DNA of 63,526 bases, the filler included. It is 8 parts of 8 records of this genome, joined end to end, with 100 filler letters (N's around TTAATTAATTAA, not from the genome) between each part and the next. Parts side by side here need not be neighbours in the genome. Positions count along the whole stretch, not along the records: positions 1 to 14,587 come from SRR7504441_395; positions 14,688 to 20,544 come from SRR7504441_398; positions 20,645 to 26,234 come from SRR7504441_404; 5 more parts are not named here. One strand, 5' to 3'. Of this stretch, positions 14,034 through 26,334 are shown one piece after another; the stretch's first letter is position 1, and each line of letters starts with the position of its first letter. Position numbers and translations under genes: made by a program. Under the pieces are notes generated by a model. That model was not told the DNA's origin and made no database searches. It saw nothing but the letters and a program-made list of their open reading frames with translations.

Positions 14034-14587
14034 ATGGTGGACCGGCAAGAACAAAGGAAGCGGGCCCGCGACAAGAAGATGGGTTCACCACCGGTCAATC
14101 TCGAAGAGATCTTTGGCGACACGCCAGAGCCAGGCCAGAGCCAGCCTACGGCCCGAGGGGCGAGGGCTTGGATTGGGCAACCGTTGACGCCGCTGGCGGT
14201 GTTCCGCGCTACGTCACGGTCCCTCACCACTTGCCAGAGGCTTTACTTCTGTTGTGTGGACATTTCTCACCTGGGGTTCTTGCTCTCCCACCAGTGGTCC
14301 ACGCTAGGTCCACACGATGAAGCCGATGGCTCTGAAGTAGGCGGAGTTAACTGAGCTTTCCTTCCCCGCTAGGACTTCGGTCTCACTCAACGTGGTTTGT
14401 GTAGGCTACACCTCCGGCGACCCCCGCACCTGCCCAGGAACCGAGAACGCCCGTGCCCGCTCCTTCAGCCCTCAATTCCACTGCGGTCAGTCCAGCCGTG
14501 CCCACGCGTTGAGCGCGTGAGGCCGTCAGGCTTCTGCACGGCTTGCGTCGCTTAGCACCTCCTCCTCCCACTCACCCCCGGAACACG
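14034..14587 (+). CDS. Possible 5' part of a hypothetical gene, truncated by linker
   Basis: ATG 14034 MVDRQEQRKRARDKKMGSPPVNLEEIFG, divergent from the giant gene; no recognisable domain, exon structure unresolved. Confidence 0.3.
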
Positions 14588-14687
14588 NNNNNNNNNNNNN
14601 NNNNNNNNNNNNNNNNNNNNNNNNNNNNNNNTTAATTAATTAANNNNNNNNNNNNNNNNNNNNNNNNNNNNNNNNNNNNNNNNNNNN
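14588..14687. other. Artificial contig/scaffold linker (identical copies at 20545-20644, 26235-26334, 30821-30920, 45093-45192, 49566-49665, 56610-56709)
   Basis: N44-TTAATTAATTAA-N44, stop codons in all six frames, always 100 nt. Confidence 0.98.
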
Positions 14688-14778
14688 GACTGGCCTGCTG
14701 CTGGGAGCTGCCAACACCGCGCTGCCCCAGCCCTGTCCAAGCTGTCAGCTTGATGACAAAAATTTGCCCGCTTGATTC

Positions 14779-17700
14779 ATGTCCTCGAGTGGGACGACGC
14801 TCGGCCACGTCAACCGGGCGGCGGTAGCCCACGCGGCCAGCCTGTCGCCGGGCCAGTTTGAGCGGGAGAAGGCCATCGTCCAGCTGCGCGACCGGCTGAG
14901 CAGGCTCGAGGCCGTCGGGCCTCAACCGGTCCCAGGCCCGATCCCGAGCGCGCTGCCGGCCGCATGGCGTTGGGTCGCGGGAGGCGCAGCGGCCGTCGCG
15001 GTGGTGCTAGGGGCTGTGCTCGCGGGAGTGGATATCATGTGGGTGGCGCTGTTGCTATGCGTTGCCCTGGCCGGGGCGCTGGCTTGGTACGGTCACTCGT
15101 GGGCGCCCCGGCCGGGCACTAAAGACCTGCCGCCGCCCAGGCCGACCCTGCGGTGCCCCACGGCGAGCCACGCGGCTGAACCGGGCGGCAGGTCTGATTC
15201 AGACCGGCGACGGGGCCTTTCTGCCGACTTCGAACGGCAGGTGTGCCCCGAGCGCGACCGCGGGCCGACCGGCCGGGACAGGCCGCCGAACAAGCAGCGC
15301 AACAGCGGCAGGCACGGGCTCAGCTGGAGGCAGCCGCGGCACAGGTCCAGCTGCTGGCGTCGCGGGGCGCTGAGGGCGGGCCGGTGAGCCACGGTTGCCT
15401 CGATGCACTGAGCTCGGGGCAGGCCGGCGAGGGCGGCTGGTGCGACGCTGCGGAGGCGCTGCTTGCTGCCGCCCAGCTATCCTGGCGCCAGCTGGAGGGT
15501 TGCAAGGCAGTGGCCGCCGCTCGTGAGCAGGAGCTCGAGCAGAACAGCCAGGCGGCGTGGGCTGAGCTCGCCGGAGTGAAGGCTGAGCTCCAGGAGCAGG
15601 AAGCGAGAGTCCGACGGTGCTCCACAGCTGAGCATGGCCGGCTGGCCGAGAGCTCGCGGTGCATGCTGGAGCTCTCCGAGGAGCTCGACCTGGCTCGGTC
15701 CGAAATAGAGGCGTACGCGCAGAAGCTGCAGGATGCGGCTGGGCAGCTTAGCGAGGCTGAGACTGCACAGGCGCTCAGCAAGAGCAAGCTGCATGCCGTC
15801 GAGATGGAGCTTGATGTCTCCCGGCAGATGACGCGCACGGCACAGGACGAGTGCCAGGCGGTCCGGCAGCGGGCCGAAGCGGCCGAGGCTGAGGTGCAGA
15901 GGAGCAAGCAGTGGTTGCAGAGCGTTCACGATGAGAACGAGGCAGGCCGAGGGTCTGTTGAAGCGGCCCAGCGGGAGGCACGGGTGTATCAGGAGCGGCA
16001 GCTTGCGGCGGAGGCGGAGGCGCAGCATGCCAAGCTCCGGGTGTGCGAGGCAGAGGCGGAGTCGCAGGCTAAGGAGATGGAGATGGCGCTGGCACAGCGA
16101 GCAATGGCGCAGGAGCTGGAGGCGGTTCACGCTGCGCTAGCCAGGCAGCAGGAGGCAGCCGAGTTGCTCCAGCGGGAGCACGAGGCTGAGCTGCACGCGG
16201 GGCGGTTGGGGCTTGAGGAGGCCAAGAGGGAGACGATGCTGATGCACGGGAAGGGACTCGAGGTAGAGGGCAGAGTGAGTGCGCTGCTCGATCAACTGGA
16301 GGCGGCGGAGGAGGAATTGGCGGCCAGCCGGGAGCGACTGGCTGCGGCGCACAACGAGGCCCAGAGTCAGCACCAGCAGGCTGCGGCTGAGACGCATAGG
16401 GCGTCTGAAGCCGGCTCCGAAGTGGTGGAGCTGAGGCACCAGCAGGTGATGCTGCAGCAAGAGAGGGACGCGGCACTGGAGGCGAGCCAGGCCATGGAGA
16501 AGAAGCTGCTCGATACGCTGCAGAGCACCGAGGACGGCGTGCTTGTGATCCAAAAGGTGCGGCGCTAGGATGCGCTGCCTGACCTGAGGCAGGTTGCCGA
16601 GGAGTCGCAGCAGCTTGCAGACGAGAGGGACAAGCTGCAGGCAGCCAACCGCGAGCTGCAGCACAAGCTGGACCTGCTCACTCAGAAGGTGCCTGGCGGT
16701 CGGGCGGCTCTGAGCTATCAAGCAGGCCGAGTCCATGCAGAACACTCTCGGTCAGCAGGAGCGAGATGGGAAGGCACTCAGCAGGAGCAAGGCGCAGGAC
16801 GAGGCCAGGCTCAGCCAGCTGGAGGCAACTAACGCCGATCTAGCCGACGAGCTGGCCGAGCAGCGCGGGCGCGCATCCGAGCTCGAGAAGAGGGCGGCCG
16901 AAGCGGAGGAGTCGGTGCGCGGTGGTCTGTGCAGAGTTGAGTCTCTGCAGGTGGCCGGGCTCAAGCACAAGCTTGCAGATGCGCTCGAGAAGCACGCCAA
17001 CGTGGCGGATGCAATGGCGTCGCTCTCTGCCGCCTCCAACTGCGAAGCGCACAGGAGCGCTAGTCTGGAGGAACAGAACAAGATTCTGATGGGACAGAAC
17101 AGTGAGCTGCAGATCAAGGTTGCCAGCCTGCAGAGCAGCACCAAGATCGCCGAAGAGACCGCCGAAGCCCAGAAGCGGCAGCGGCTCGAGCAGAGCCAGA
17201 TAGACGAGCAGGCGAGGCAGCAACTCGGGAGCAGCACCCGCGAGCTGAAGCAGCAGCTTGAGGCCACCGAGGACGATGTGCGGCGCCGTTGTCAGGCAGC
17301 CTGATGGGGGGCATGGCAGGTGAAGACTCTCAAGTCGAGGGTGCAGCACCGCGACAAGCAGCTGGCGGATGTGAAGGCCGAGCTGGACCGCCGGGACGCT
17401 TCTAAGGGCAGCTTGAGCGATCAGGAGAAGGATCTGCATTACCGGTTGATGAATCTGGAGCTCAAGCTGCAGGACGCTATGGCCCAAGCGGGTGCTGACA
17501 AAGAGCAGCTGACCAAGGCCAGGGCTGCGCTCGAGAGAGCTCGGAAGGATCATAAGGCCGAGATGAGTGACAAGGCCAAGTGGTACCAGCGCCAGCTCGC
17601 GGAGGTCGAAGCTCGGTATCGTGAGGCTGTGGCGCGAGAGAAGGCGGTCGAGAAACGATACGATTCTCTGGTCGAATCGGAGAGTGAAGCCCGGATGGAC

Positions 17701-18213
17701 CTAGAGAGCGCCAAGAAGGCGTTGTACAGTCTGCGTCAGGGCGGCACACCCCGCATGCCAGCCCGCAGCACGCGCCAGAGCCAGCCGGCCGGGGAGCGGT
17801 GGCAGCGGGTGGCCGAGCAGGCTGAGAACGTGGATGAGACGTCGCTGGTGGCGCAGCTGTCCGGCGAGGAGCAGAGGCTGCAGCTGGTCCTGAGCGGACA
17901 CCAGATGCAGATCCACGAGCTGCAGCAGCGACTGAGCGATGCTGAGGTGACCGGGAACCCGAGCGAGGCAGTTGTTGTGTCCACCAGCTGGGTTTCGCCG
18001 CCGCCGCCGGCTACACCGCCGCCGGTTACACCGCAGCCGGCTCCAGCTAGGCGGTCATCCCAGGACAGCGCGAGCAGGTCAGCGAGCAGGCCGGCTGCGG
18101 GTGGGCGGAGCCTCAACGGGAGGAGCTTGGATGATGTTATCCGGGAGCAGGTCAGCCGGCGGAAGAGCCAAGGCTCGAGACGCAAGAGTGTAAGCAACGC
18201 GTCTAAAGGCTGA
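14779..18213 (+). CDS. Long coiled-coil protein with N-terminal hydrophobic (2-TM) anchor, multi-exon
   Basis: WVAGGAAAVAVVLGAVLAG/IMWVALLLCVALAGALAWY, then E/Q/A/L/R-rich heptad ORFs 15243-16568, 16735-17304, 17320-18213 separated by short introns. Confidence 0.7.
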
Positions 18214-18437
18214 AGCGACCGAGCATTAACGAGCACTATAGCCGAGCATTGACCAGTCCGAGTGCACCATGATAGTTCGGAGAGCTACGTTTATAAAATT
18301 AATATGATGCATAATGCTCGTACGACGCTCTTTGGCCCGATCAAAAATGGATTGTACAGTGTAACTACACATTTGGCTTATGCCATTCGCTAGTCATTCA
18401 CGCATTGTGGCTTAATTATTGAGATATTATTGCGTAA

Positions 18438-19295
18438 TTATTGCGGCTTGTAAGGATGCTTTTGAGCCAGCTGGCAACCAAGGTGGCATCCCTCTATCTC
18501 TTCGGACCCGCCGCATTTGCTCTCGTGAGTAGTCCCACCGCACGCCTCGGGACACTCACCGCACATGTTAAACTCCTCCGGCAACGACTTCGGATTGAAC
18601 CGGCAATTGCCTCCGGCCTGGTCGCACTGTTTTATGCACTCTTCCGGGCCTACTGTGGTGCTAGCGAGAGCGCAACCCATGACGCAGGAGGGGTGCTGGC
18701 AGCCGGAGACAAACCCCTCGCAACAGTGCCCCTGGCTCTGGCACTGGTCCTGGCAAGAGCCCGGAGGCGCCGGGTTTCCTCCTGGTGGAGGTGGAGGTGG
18801 AGGTGGAGGTGCAGGTGCAGGTTCCGGGGTTGCTTCGGGTGGCGGCACGACAGGCGCGACTTCCGCCGGCTGGGCTGCTTCAGTGGGCGGCTGGGGCGCA
18901 TCTGTCGGGGCTGGGTCGACCGCCGCCGGTCTCGCCGGGGCTTCCTGCCGGCTGACAGAGGCCTCCTCGGGCGGAGCATATTTAGCCTCCAGCGCCTCCA
19001 CCTTGCGCACGAGCCCTCGCGACCGCTCGCGGAGCTTGATCAGCTCGGTGTGGGTGGCCCGGTCCCCAAACACCAGCATCGCGGTCTCCTCCACGCTCCG
19101 GCTCGGCGGGACGTGACTGTACCAGTGGGCGAGCAGCCCCCCGAGCAGCAGCCCCGCCAGACCCACCAGCAGGTACAGCCGCCAGTCCGAGCCGGGAGCA
19201 GACCGGGGGCGCTTGCTCGGAGTGGTGGCCACCTCCAGCTTGGCCAGGGCGGGGCCCGGTGGGGTCTCGTCGTCGATGCTGAAGCAGTCCGCCAT
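18438..19295 (-). CDS. Type II membrane protein: TM, short coiled coil, Pro-rich stalk, 16-Cys C-terminal domain
   Basis: Single 285-aa ORF; TM LYLLVGLAGLLLGGLLAHWY; poly-Pro; CQDQC..CC..C..CVMGC..CHLGC. Confidence 0.75.
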   Translation of the reverse strand: MADCFSIDDETPPGPALAKLEVATTPSKRPRSAPGSDWRLYLLVGLAGLLLGGLLAHWYSHVPPSRSVEETAMLVFGDRATHTELIKLRERSRGLVRKVEALEAKYAPPEEASVSRQEAPARPAAVDPAPTDAPQPPTEAAQPAEVAPVVPPPEATPEPAPAPPPPPPPPPGGNPAPPGSCQDQCQSQGHCCEGFVSGCQHPSCVMGCALASTTVGPEECIKQCDQAGGNCRFNPKSLPEEFNMCGECPEACGGTTHESKCGGSEEIEGCHLGCQLAQKHPYKPQ

Positions 19296-19369
19296 CTTCC
19301 GCCGGCTCCGCGCGTGGCCCGACTGCCAGCTGCAGCTGCAGTCCGGCTGCAGCTGATTTTTGGTGAGAG

Positions 19370-20464
19370 ATGTCAGCTTCAGGCGGCCCGTTCTCGGAGG
19401 CGCTCCGGGCGAAGCGGACCGCTAGCCTGGCCTCGGCGGCGCGCGAGCTCGAGCAGCTCAAGGCGGCGCACGAGCTGTCGCCCGAGCCGGCCGATCTATC
19501 CAGCTTCGACCGGCGGACCAGCGGGACGATAGCCAGCCCGGAGGCGCTGATATACGAGCACCTGCGGGCGCCCGACCCTGCTTGGCGGGACGGGCCCAAG
19601 CTGCTGCGCGGGTATACCCTGGCCACGCCCGCCGAACCGGCGCACGAGGCGCTGGCGGCCATGGCGCCCGGGGAGAGGGCGGCGGCACTGGCGGGCATGA
19701 CTGCCGAGGAGAGGGCGGCGGTGCTGGCGGGATTGTCGCCCGAGCTGAGCGCGGCGGCGGTGGCTGGCTTGTCGCCCGAGCACAGCGGGGCCACGCTGGC
19801 GGCCCTGTGCGCGCGGTGCCAGGCGCTGGTCGCCAGGCTGGAGGCGGAGCGGGCCGATTTCGAGTCCCGGCTGGAAGCGGCCGCCCGCGAAAAGGAGGAG
19901 GCGCTGCGCGGGTGGCAGCTGGAGGCGCAGATGCGGCAGGTGGAGCGGGTCGACTGCAGCACCACCCCGGTAGCCGGGCCGGCCGGGGCTGCGCGAAGTA
20001 GGCCGCAGGAGCGCCGGATGGAGTACATTTTAGGAGAGATGGGCAAATGCTCGCAGCACGAGCGGCGGCTGCTCGCGAGCAAGCTCGAGGAGCTGATGGA
20101 GAGCTCGACCGAGCAGCCGGCCTCAGACAGCCGAGAGAGGATTGCGCAGCTGGTGAGTTGGGAAGGGCTCTAGAGGCGGATTGGCGGACAGGGCCAGAGG
20201 ATGAGCCGGCTGCAGCAGGCGTTTACAGGCGACCTAGCGCAAGTGGCCGAGTATAGCGTGCCGGGTGCCTTCTGCACCGCTCCAGACGAGGCTGTGAAGC
20301 TTGATCAGAAGATTGCAGCCAAGAGCAAAGAGATGGATGAGGTGATTCGACGGTGCACCCGGGTGCAGGGCTGGGGAGCAGGGCCGGGCAGGCTCGAGGA
20401 GCAGATTGCGACGGAGAAGGCGCGGAAAGCGCTGGAGGATATGATGCAGCAATCGTGTGTGTAA
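19370..20464 (+). CDS. Hypothetical coiled-coil protein with 12-aa helical repeats (MgtE-N/FliG-like)
   Basis: AAMAPGERAAAL-AGMTAEERAAVL-AGLSPELSAAAV-AGLSPEHSGATL; continues through short introns to TAA 20464. Confidence 0.55.
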
Positions 20465-21036
20465 TGTGTGTGGTACTCGTTCATGACTTACATGTAATTA
20501 ATGTGTAAACCTTCACTATAGACCTTTCTCCATAATTCAAAATCNNNNNNNNNNNNNNNNNNNNNNNNNNNNNNNNNNNNNNNNNNNNTTAATTAATTAA
20601 NNNNNNNNNNNNNNNNNNNNNNNNNNNNNNNNNNNNNNNNNNNNATCTCTAACGGAATTATCAGAACTCAATTTTTGGTACGTAGTACGTATTCATAATA
20701 CTCCCTCAGTGTGAGGTACGTATACTCTAGAGGTACTCGTATAATTATATTTCGATTCGTGATTTCAAAACTCATCGACATGCAAAGTTACATGTAACGT
20801 GCTCACCGCAATCGCTAAATTGCAATCGACCGATCATGATCAGTACTAAGTAATCATGCTGATCGGTACGTATGTAGGCTGTTCACACACGTTCACATAA
20901 GTGACGAGCAGGTCTACTGCTGTGTAAATACTGCAAGCCTAGGCCTTGTGGTGGCAGCGAGGTGGCGGGGTCGATGTCAGTAGATATACACGGCGCAACG
21001 CAAGAGCAGAGACATGAGCAGAGATGACCAAAATCT

Positions 21037-22895
21037 TCAAGTGTCCCCAAGCTTGGGCCCAGCACTCGGACTGTCATCAATATCATATTGCTTGCCGCTC
21101 GACAAGCCTGGATCTTCGCCTGCCATACAGCGATTAGACCGAGCACAAGTCATACTTGACCTGGATTCGAGTATGCTGAAGTCTTGATGTACACGGGGCA
21201 CCGAGCAATCTGAAACAACACAGATGAGCCGATGTTGCATTTGAGCACATCAGCGTGCCTGATCATCTGTTACTTGCAGGCGGGACATGGCATCCAACAT
21301 GGACTGAATCCTTGTTTGAAGCGTTTTAGCCGCCTGATCCGGATCGACCTGCCAGACAGCTCTCACACGCGGGCGACAAGCGGGCCTGTACCATCTTTTT
21401 GTGGTTGCTGCTAAACCATACGGCCGATTTGATCTGGCTAATTTGAAGTTCAATTCCATACGATGCAACCATGGCCCGCAGTACAGCTTCTGCCTCTTCA
21501 GGAGAACTCAGCGAATTGAGCTGACTGAATCGTGCCAACGTGGAAGAGATGTGGCTCTAGCACATCGAAGTCAGTTGAGGCGCTCAAGCCGTTCAGAAGA
21601 AGTCACCTTACTCATCAAGTAATGCTGTCGATCCTTGAGCAGTGCGATGCACTGTTTAGCCAGCCCCTGCCACAGTGTGACGACCACAGCAGTTGCCGCG
21701 TACCCAGTTTCCGTCCTTGGTAAGCTGGTCTTGATGCTTCTCCAGGTACTCAGCAGCCGCCGTACTGGTTGGATCGTCTTTGACCAGCTGCCTCAGCAGT
21801 GAGATGGCCACTCAAGGGCATGGACAGGCACCGTGCAAAAGCCCTCATACACACTCATGTGCATTTTGAGGGCTTGATGCGGCAGTGGTGGGAAGCTGAC
21901 ACAGAGTCAAGCCCCAAGAAGCAAGCGAGGCACCTTGGGCCCTGGAGGTCAAGCCCCAGCATCAACAAAGCAGCCAGGCAGTGTTTCTTGTGGATCTCTA
22001 GAACGATAGCATCCGCATATTTGCATGGCACAAACATCGCCTGGTGCAAATAGTAAGCATGGGCTATCCCGCAGCCGCAGGGAGCCTGTTTGAAGCAACT
22101 GCATGCTGCAACGAAGTTCTTTAGCCCCAGGAATATCCTACCAGCATACAGGAAGTAGAGCAGGATATCGCGAGCTTGGATTCCTGTGCACGGAGCCACC
22201 TGCACAGCAGATCAGAGCGTGCACGCCCTCCAGGTTGACCTCTAGCATGCGCTGCTCGACATACGGGAGTGCCGCATGATAGAACTGGGCCTTCAGGCAG
22301 AGCTGCAGCATGCCCACGTGTGCTGGTGTAAAGGAGGCCGGGGAGGTCCGAATCGCCTCGACCGCTGCACGCATGGGCACGATGCCCGCAAGCGTGTTCC
22401 CGGTGTCAATGCTTACTTGCACGAAAACGGAGCAGATCTTGGAAACTGCCAGCTGAGGGTCAGCGAGCGCACGCCCGAGGTTGGCACATTTCGAGCCTGC
22501 CAGACGCAGCTGCTGTCCATCGGCCTTGCCGAAGAAGACAGCGGCAGTGGCAAGGAACCACTCCCGCGGTCCAGCCTCGGCTGGGAGCAGATCGGCTTTG
22601 ACTGACACACCAGCCCGGCTCAGGCCTCGCCTCGGACATAGCCCAGGCACCGGCGAGCACGTGCGCGTACCCCAGAGAGTGCTCGTACGGGTCTAGCTCA
22701 CCCAGATGCTGCGCCAGAGACGAGGCCTGCTCGGCTAGCACGGCCCGTCCATCTGAGAGCTCTTTCTGTACCCGGGCTGTGGTCAGCTGACCCAAGCCGG
22801 GGCCGCACCTCGAGCTGGGCGAGCGAGGCCAGGTATTCAGCCTCGGGCTTCTGCCGCGTCGAGAGCTCCCTGATCCGGCCGCACAGTGCCTCCAT
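21037..22895 (-). CDS. CSN3: COP9 signalosome subunit 3 (PCI protein), many introns
   Basis: MEAL..LDPYEHSLGYAHVL..FTPAHVGMLQLCLKAQFYHAALPYV..DILLYFLYAGRIFLGLKNF..AIVLEIHKKHCLAALL..KDGNW|GLAKQ, typical COPS3 motifs; last exon uncertain. Confidence 0.85.
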
Positions 22896-23036
22896 CCCGC
22901 GCTCTCGCTGGGCTCGGAGGCTTGGTACAGCCGTTGGCCGCGTTCTGGGTGCGCGCGGTGTTGGTTCGGGCTTGGGTTCGCGCTCTCGGCAGTCTCGGGT
23001 CGGCCTGGAGCAGAATCCGTTATTCGGAGTTCGTGC

Positions 23037-23576
23037 ATGGCAGCCGCCATGCACGGGCACTGTTTGTGCGGCGCATTCAGCATCGATCTGGAGGATGCGG
23101 CCGGGCTGTGCGGGCAGGTGCTGGTGTGCCACTGCTCGCTTTGCCGCCGCCAGTCCGGGGCGAGCGCCGTCCCGTTCATGGCGGTCCCTCGGCCGCTGGT
23201 GGGCCCCCAGTGTGGCGCGCTCCAGCGGTATGCGCACCCAGGGCCGGACGGCGGGCTGAGCGCCACCCGGCTGTTCTGCGGGCGGTGCGGCTCCTGGGTG
23301 GGGATGGACTACGGCGAGGAGCACAGCCCCCACACGGTCTGGCTGACCCTGGGACTGTTCGAGCAAATACCGGAAGGGGTGGTCCAGGGCGCCCCGCGCG
23401 ACTCGCAGGCGGGCCGACCGGCTGCACCGGTGAGCGGGGGAGGCTAGGTGTTCAAGGAGTCATCGGCCCAGTGGCGGGAGAGCGTGCTGGAGCTGCCGTT
23501 GCTGGACAAGTTCGGGAGTTACAGGATAGATCCGTGCAACCCGGCCGGACCTGGGCCACGATGGGACGAAGTCTAG
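23037..23576 (+). CDS. GFA / CENP-V family zinc protein
   Basis: HGHCLCG, VCHCSLCRRQSG, RLFCGRCGS motifs; GC-AG intron 23409-23447; stop TAG 23574-23576. Confidence 0.85.
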
Positions 23577-24057
23577 AACGTGGGCAGTCACCTCACCCAG
23601 CCTGACTGCACACGTAGCGCCAAGTCGTGGCGTCATGGGCGTGCACGTGTCTCATATCGGTTGCCAGCTCGGTTGGTACTTATGTGATCGATAGAGACTA
23701 CAAGCTCCTCGGTAGCATCAAACAGCGCTCGTTTGGCAGAACCTAGATGCGTGACCGACCAAACAGCGCATATCCCGGGGCTGCGGGCTGTTGTTCAAGA
23801 CCAATCATGATTCTAAGCTGTCAGCGCGGTCGAGCCGGAAGTCGTTGCTGTCTCGCCTAAGCTAAAGTCTTGGGCCGACGGTGCAGTGCGCCGACGAGGA
23901 TGGTGGCTTCTGGCCGTCTCCTGATCGCCGTGTGCCGCTCCAAATACGATCATATTACCGTCTCACCCCTCTCTCAAGTCTCAACTCGCGTCAACTCGCG
24001 TGCTCGCCGGCTCGCCTGAACTCGGTGCGTTGTGAAATTGGTGCCAAGTACAAATCA

Positions 24058-26234
24058 ATGTTGGGGCAACTGGGCAGTGGACTGCCGAAGGGCGGCGTCT
24101 GTCCGCCTCCACCGACGAGGCTGGCCAAACCGACCCCCCGCAAGGCGGGCAAGCCCCCCAAGACGCTCTCAGATTGCCTGTTTAACCGCATCGACAGCAA
24201 CGCGGACGGGGTGATCAGCCGAGAGGTGCTGCCGCCGGCTGTTGGCCAGCTTAGCTCGGCTGGTGGCAGGAGTTCGTAGCCGCGCTGACCTCCCCGGCAC
24301 GCAGCCGCCCGGCCACCGCTGACCAGCCGTCCAAAAAGCCAGCCCCGGTGCCTGCGCTCCAGGATATGCCTGGCTCCGACTCGCGGTGCTTCTACACCTT
24401 CGGGAGCCCTGAAAAGTCCTGGACCGCCTCTCGGCTCCAGGAGCAGCCCAAGCCCGAGCACGGGCAGTCGAACTGGCAAAGCATGTCCCAGCTGGAGGCC
24501 GAATGGCTCCTCGGGGAGTGCCGGGATGCGCTGCAGCAGTTCGAGGGCGGCGACACACCTCGCGATGTGCTCCGGGCAGAGGCGGCCAACTGGCGGCGCC
24601 GGGCTGCTGAGCTGCAGGACTGCGCAGGGTGAGCTGTGACAGCTGGGCCGGCTTTGAGCGCAGGGCAGGGGCGAGGTGGACAGGCTCAAGAAGGTGCTCC
24701 AGTCGGCGCTGGTCGCGATCAACAAGGTCGGCTGCGGCCAGACGGCGACGTACGCGTACAAGCAACAGACCGAGGAGCTCGAGAAGCTTCGGGCCGAGCT
24801 GAGCAAGGCACAGCTGGAGCTGGCTCACTCGGAGCAGCAAAAGGAAGAATGCTGCCACTCGCTGGAGCAACAGCGCGATTCTGCACTCGAGGCAATCCGG
24901 GGGCTGAGCTGTGCTGATCTATGTCCCAGGAGCTGGAGGTCATTCAGCGCAAAGCTGAGTGGCTAGAGGTGTGTGCTAACGAAGGCAGGGCTGGTGTGGA
25001 GGCTCGAGATGCACGGCGGAGCCAAGAGATTGATGAGTGGAAGAGAAGGGCCGAACAGGCCGAACAGGCCAAAGACGCTGCTGATTCGCTGTGGCGGCAG
25101 AAGGTGGCTATTGCTGCTAGTGTGGCGGTCAGTTCTGGCTGGCAGGTGCAGCAGATCCTGGAGGAGAATAGGCAGCTGCAGGCGGATCTAGACTCAGAAC
25201 GGCAGGAGTTGGCCAACTGGCGTCAAATTGAGTCGGCGGTCTCGGAACTGGAAGAAGTCATGCTTTCCAATAATGCCGACCAGGAGGCCGAGGATATCAC
25301 ACAGACAGAGACCCATGACCAAACACTCGAGCGAGAGAGAATCAGTACGCTAGAACGGATTGCCTCGGTGCGCAGGCTCAGCCAGGTCTGAGCCGCTCTG
25401 TAGCGTCAACTCAACCGGGGCTGTGGCAGGAACAAGTCAAAGCCCCAGTGTCGGGCAAACTCAAGCACACATTTCAGAAGTATGCTCGGCTCACCACCCT
25501 GCACAATGGAGCTTGCTTCGATGAAATCGCGGCAGAGAACGAAAGGATGGATCTGGCTGAGCTCGTTCGAGTGGCACGCGAGTTTGGGGTGCTGCCGCAC
25601 GTCCTTCGGAATCTTGACGAGCTGAGGCAAACCTTTCAGGCTGTGAATGTGTGTGAGGTGCCCAACAATGCGCGCAGTGCTGAGCTATGTGGTTGCAGCT
25701 AGCAGATCCTGATAGAGCTACGCTGTGTTTTGAGGAGTTTGTTGCGTGGGTGGCGAACATCGCTAATCGTACGACACAGCTGGATCTGCCCAACGACGAC
25801 AGTAAGTCTAAACCTAGGTGCTGGGGTGACCCAAGGTGTGATTTTTGGTTGTCATTAGTTCGACTTGTGGGAGTGAACGAACTTCTGTCCCAACTTTCAG
25901 CCCATCTGGCTGAAGCAGCTACGGAAGCGGCAGCCAAGGCGGCCGAAGAAAAGGCAGCAGCGGCTGCACAACAGGCCCGTGAGGCTGCGGAGAAAGCTGA
26001 AACTGCAATACAACAACCAACCAGTGCAAGAGGTAGAAACCAGTCGACTCCATCACGCTTTGACAGGATTGTGTGGTTTGCAGATCACAAGGAGAAGCAA
26101 GATGAAAAGTGCATGGGGTATGCCAGAGCTACAGTGTCGAGCAGAAATCGCAGCCCAGAGCGGCGGCGGCACCTGAACCGCAGTCCAACCCGCAAGCAGC
26201 GCACCCTTCACCGCAGCCCTGTCAAGCAGCGAAC
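24058..26234 (+). CDS. EF-hand + coiled-coil protein, multi-exon, 3'-truncated
   Basis: LFNRIDSNADGVISRE|EF (EF-hand loop split by an intron), coiled-coil exons, later EF-like segments (MDLAELVRV, LCFEEFVAW). Confidence 0.6.
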
Positions 26235-26334
26235 NNNNNNNNNNNNNNNNNNNNNNNNNNNNNNNNNNNNNNNNNNNNTTAATTAATTAANNNNNNNNNN
26301 NNNNNNNNNNNNNNNNNNNNNNNNNNNNNNNNNN

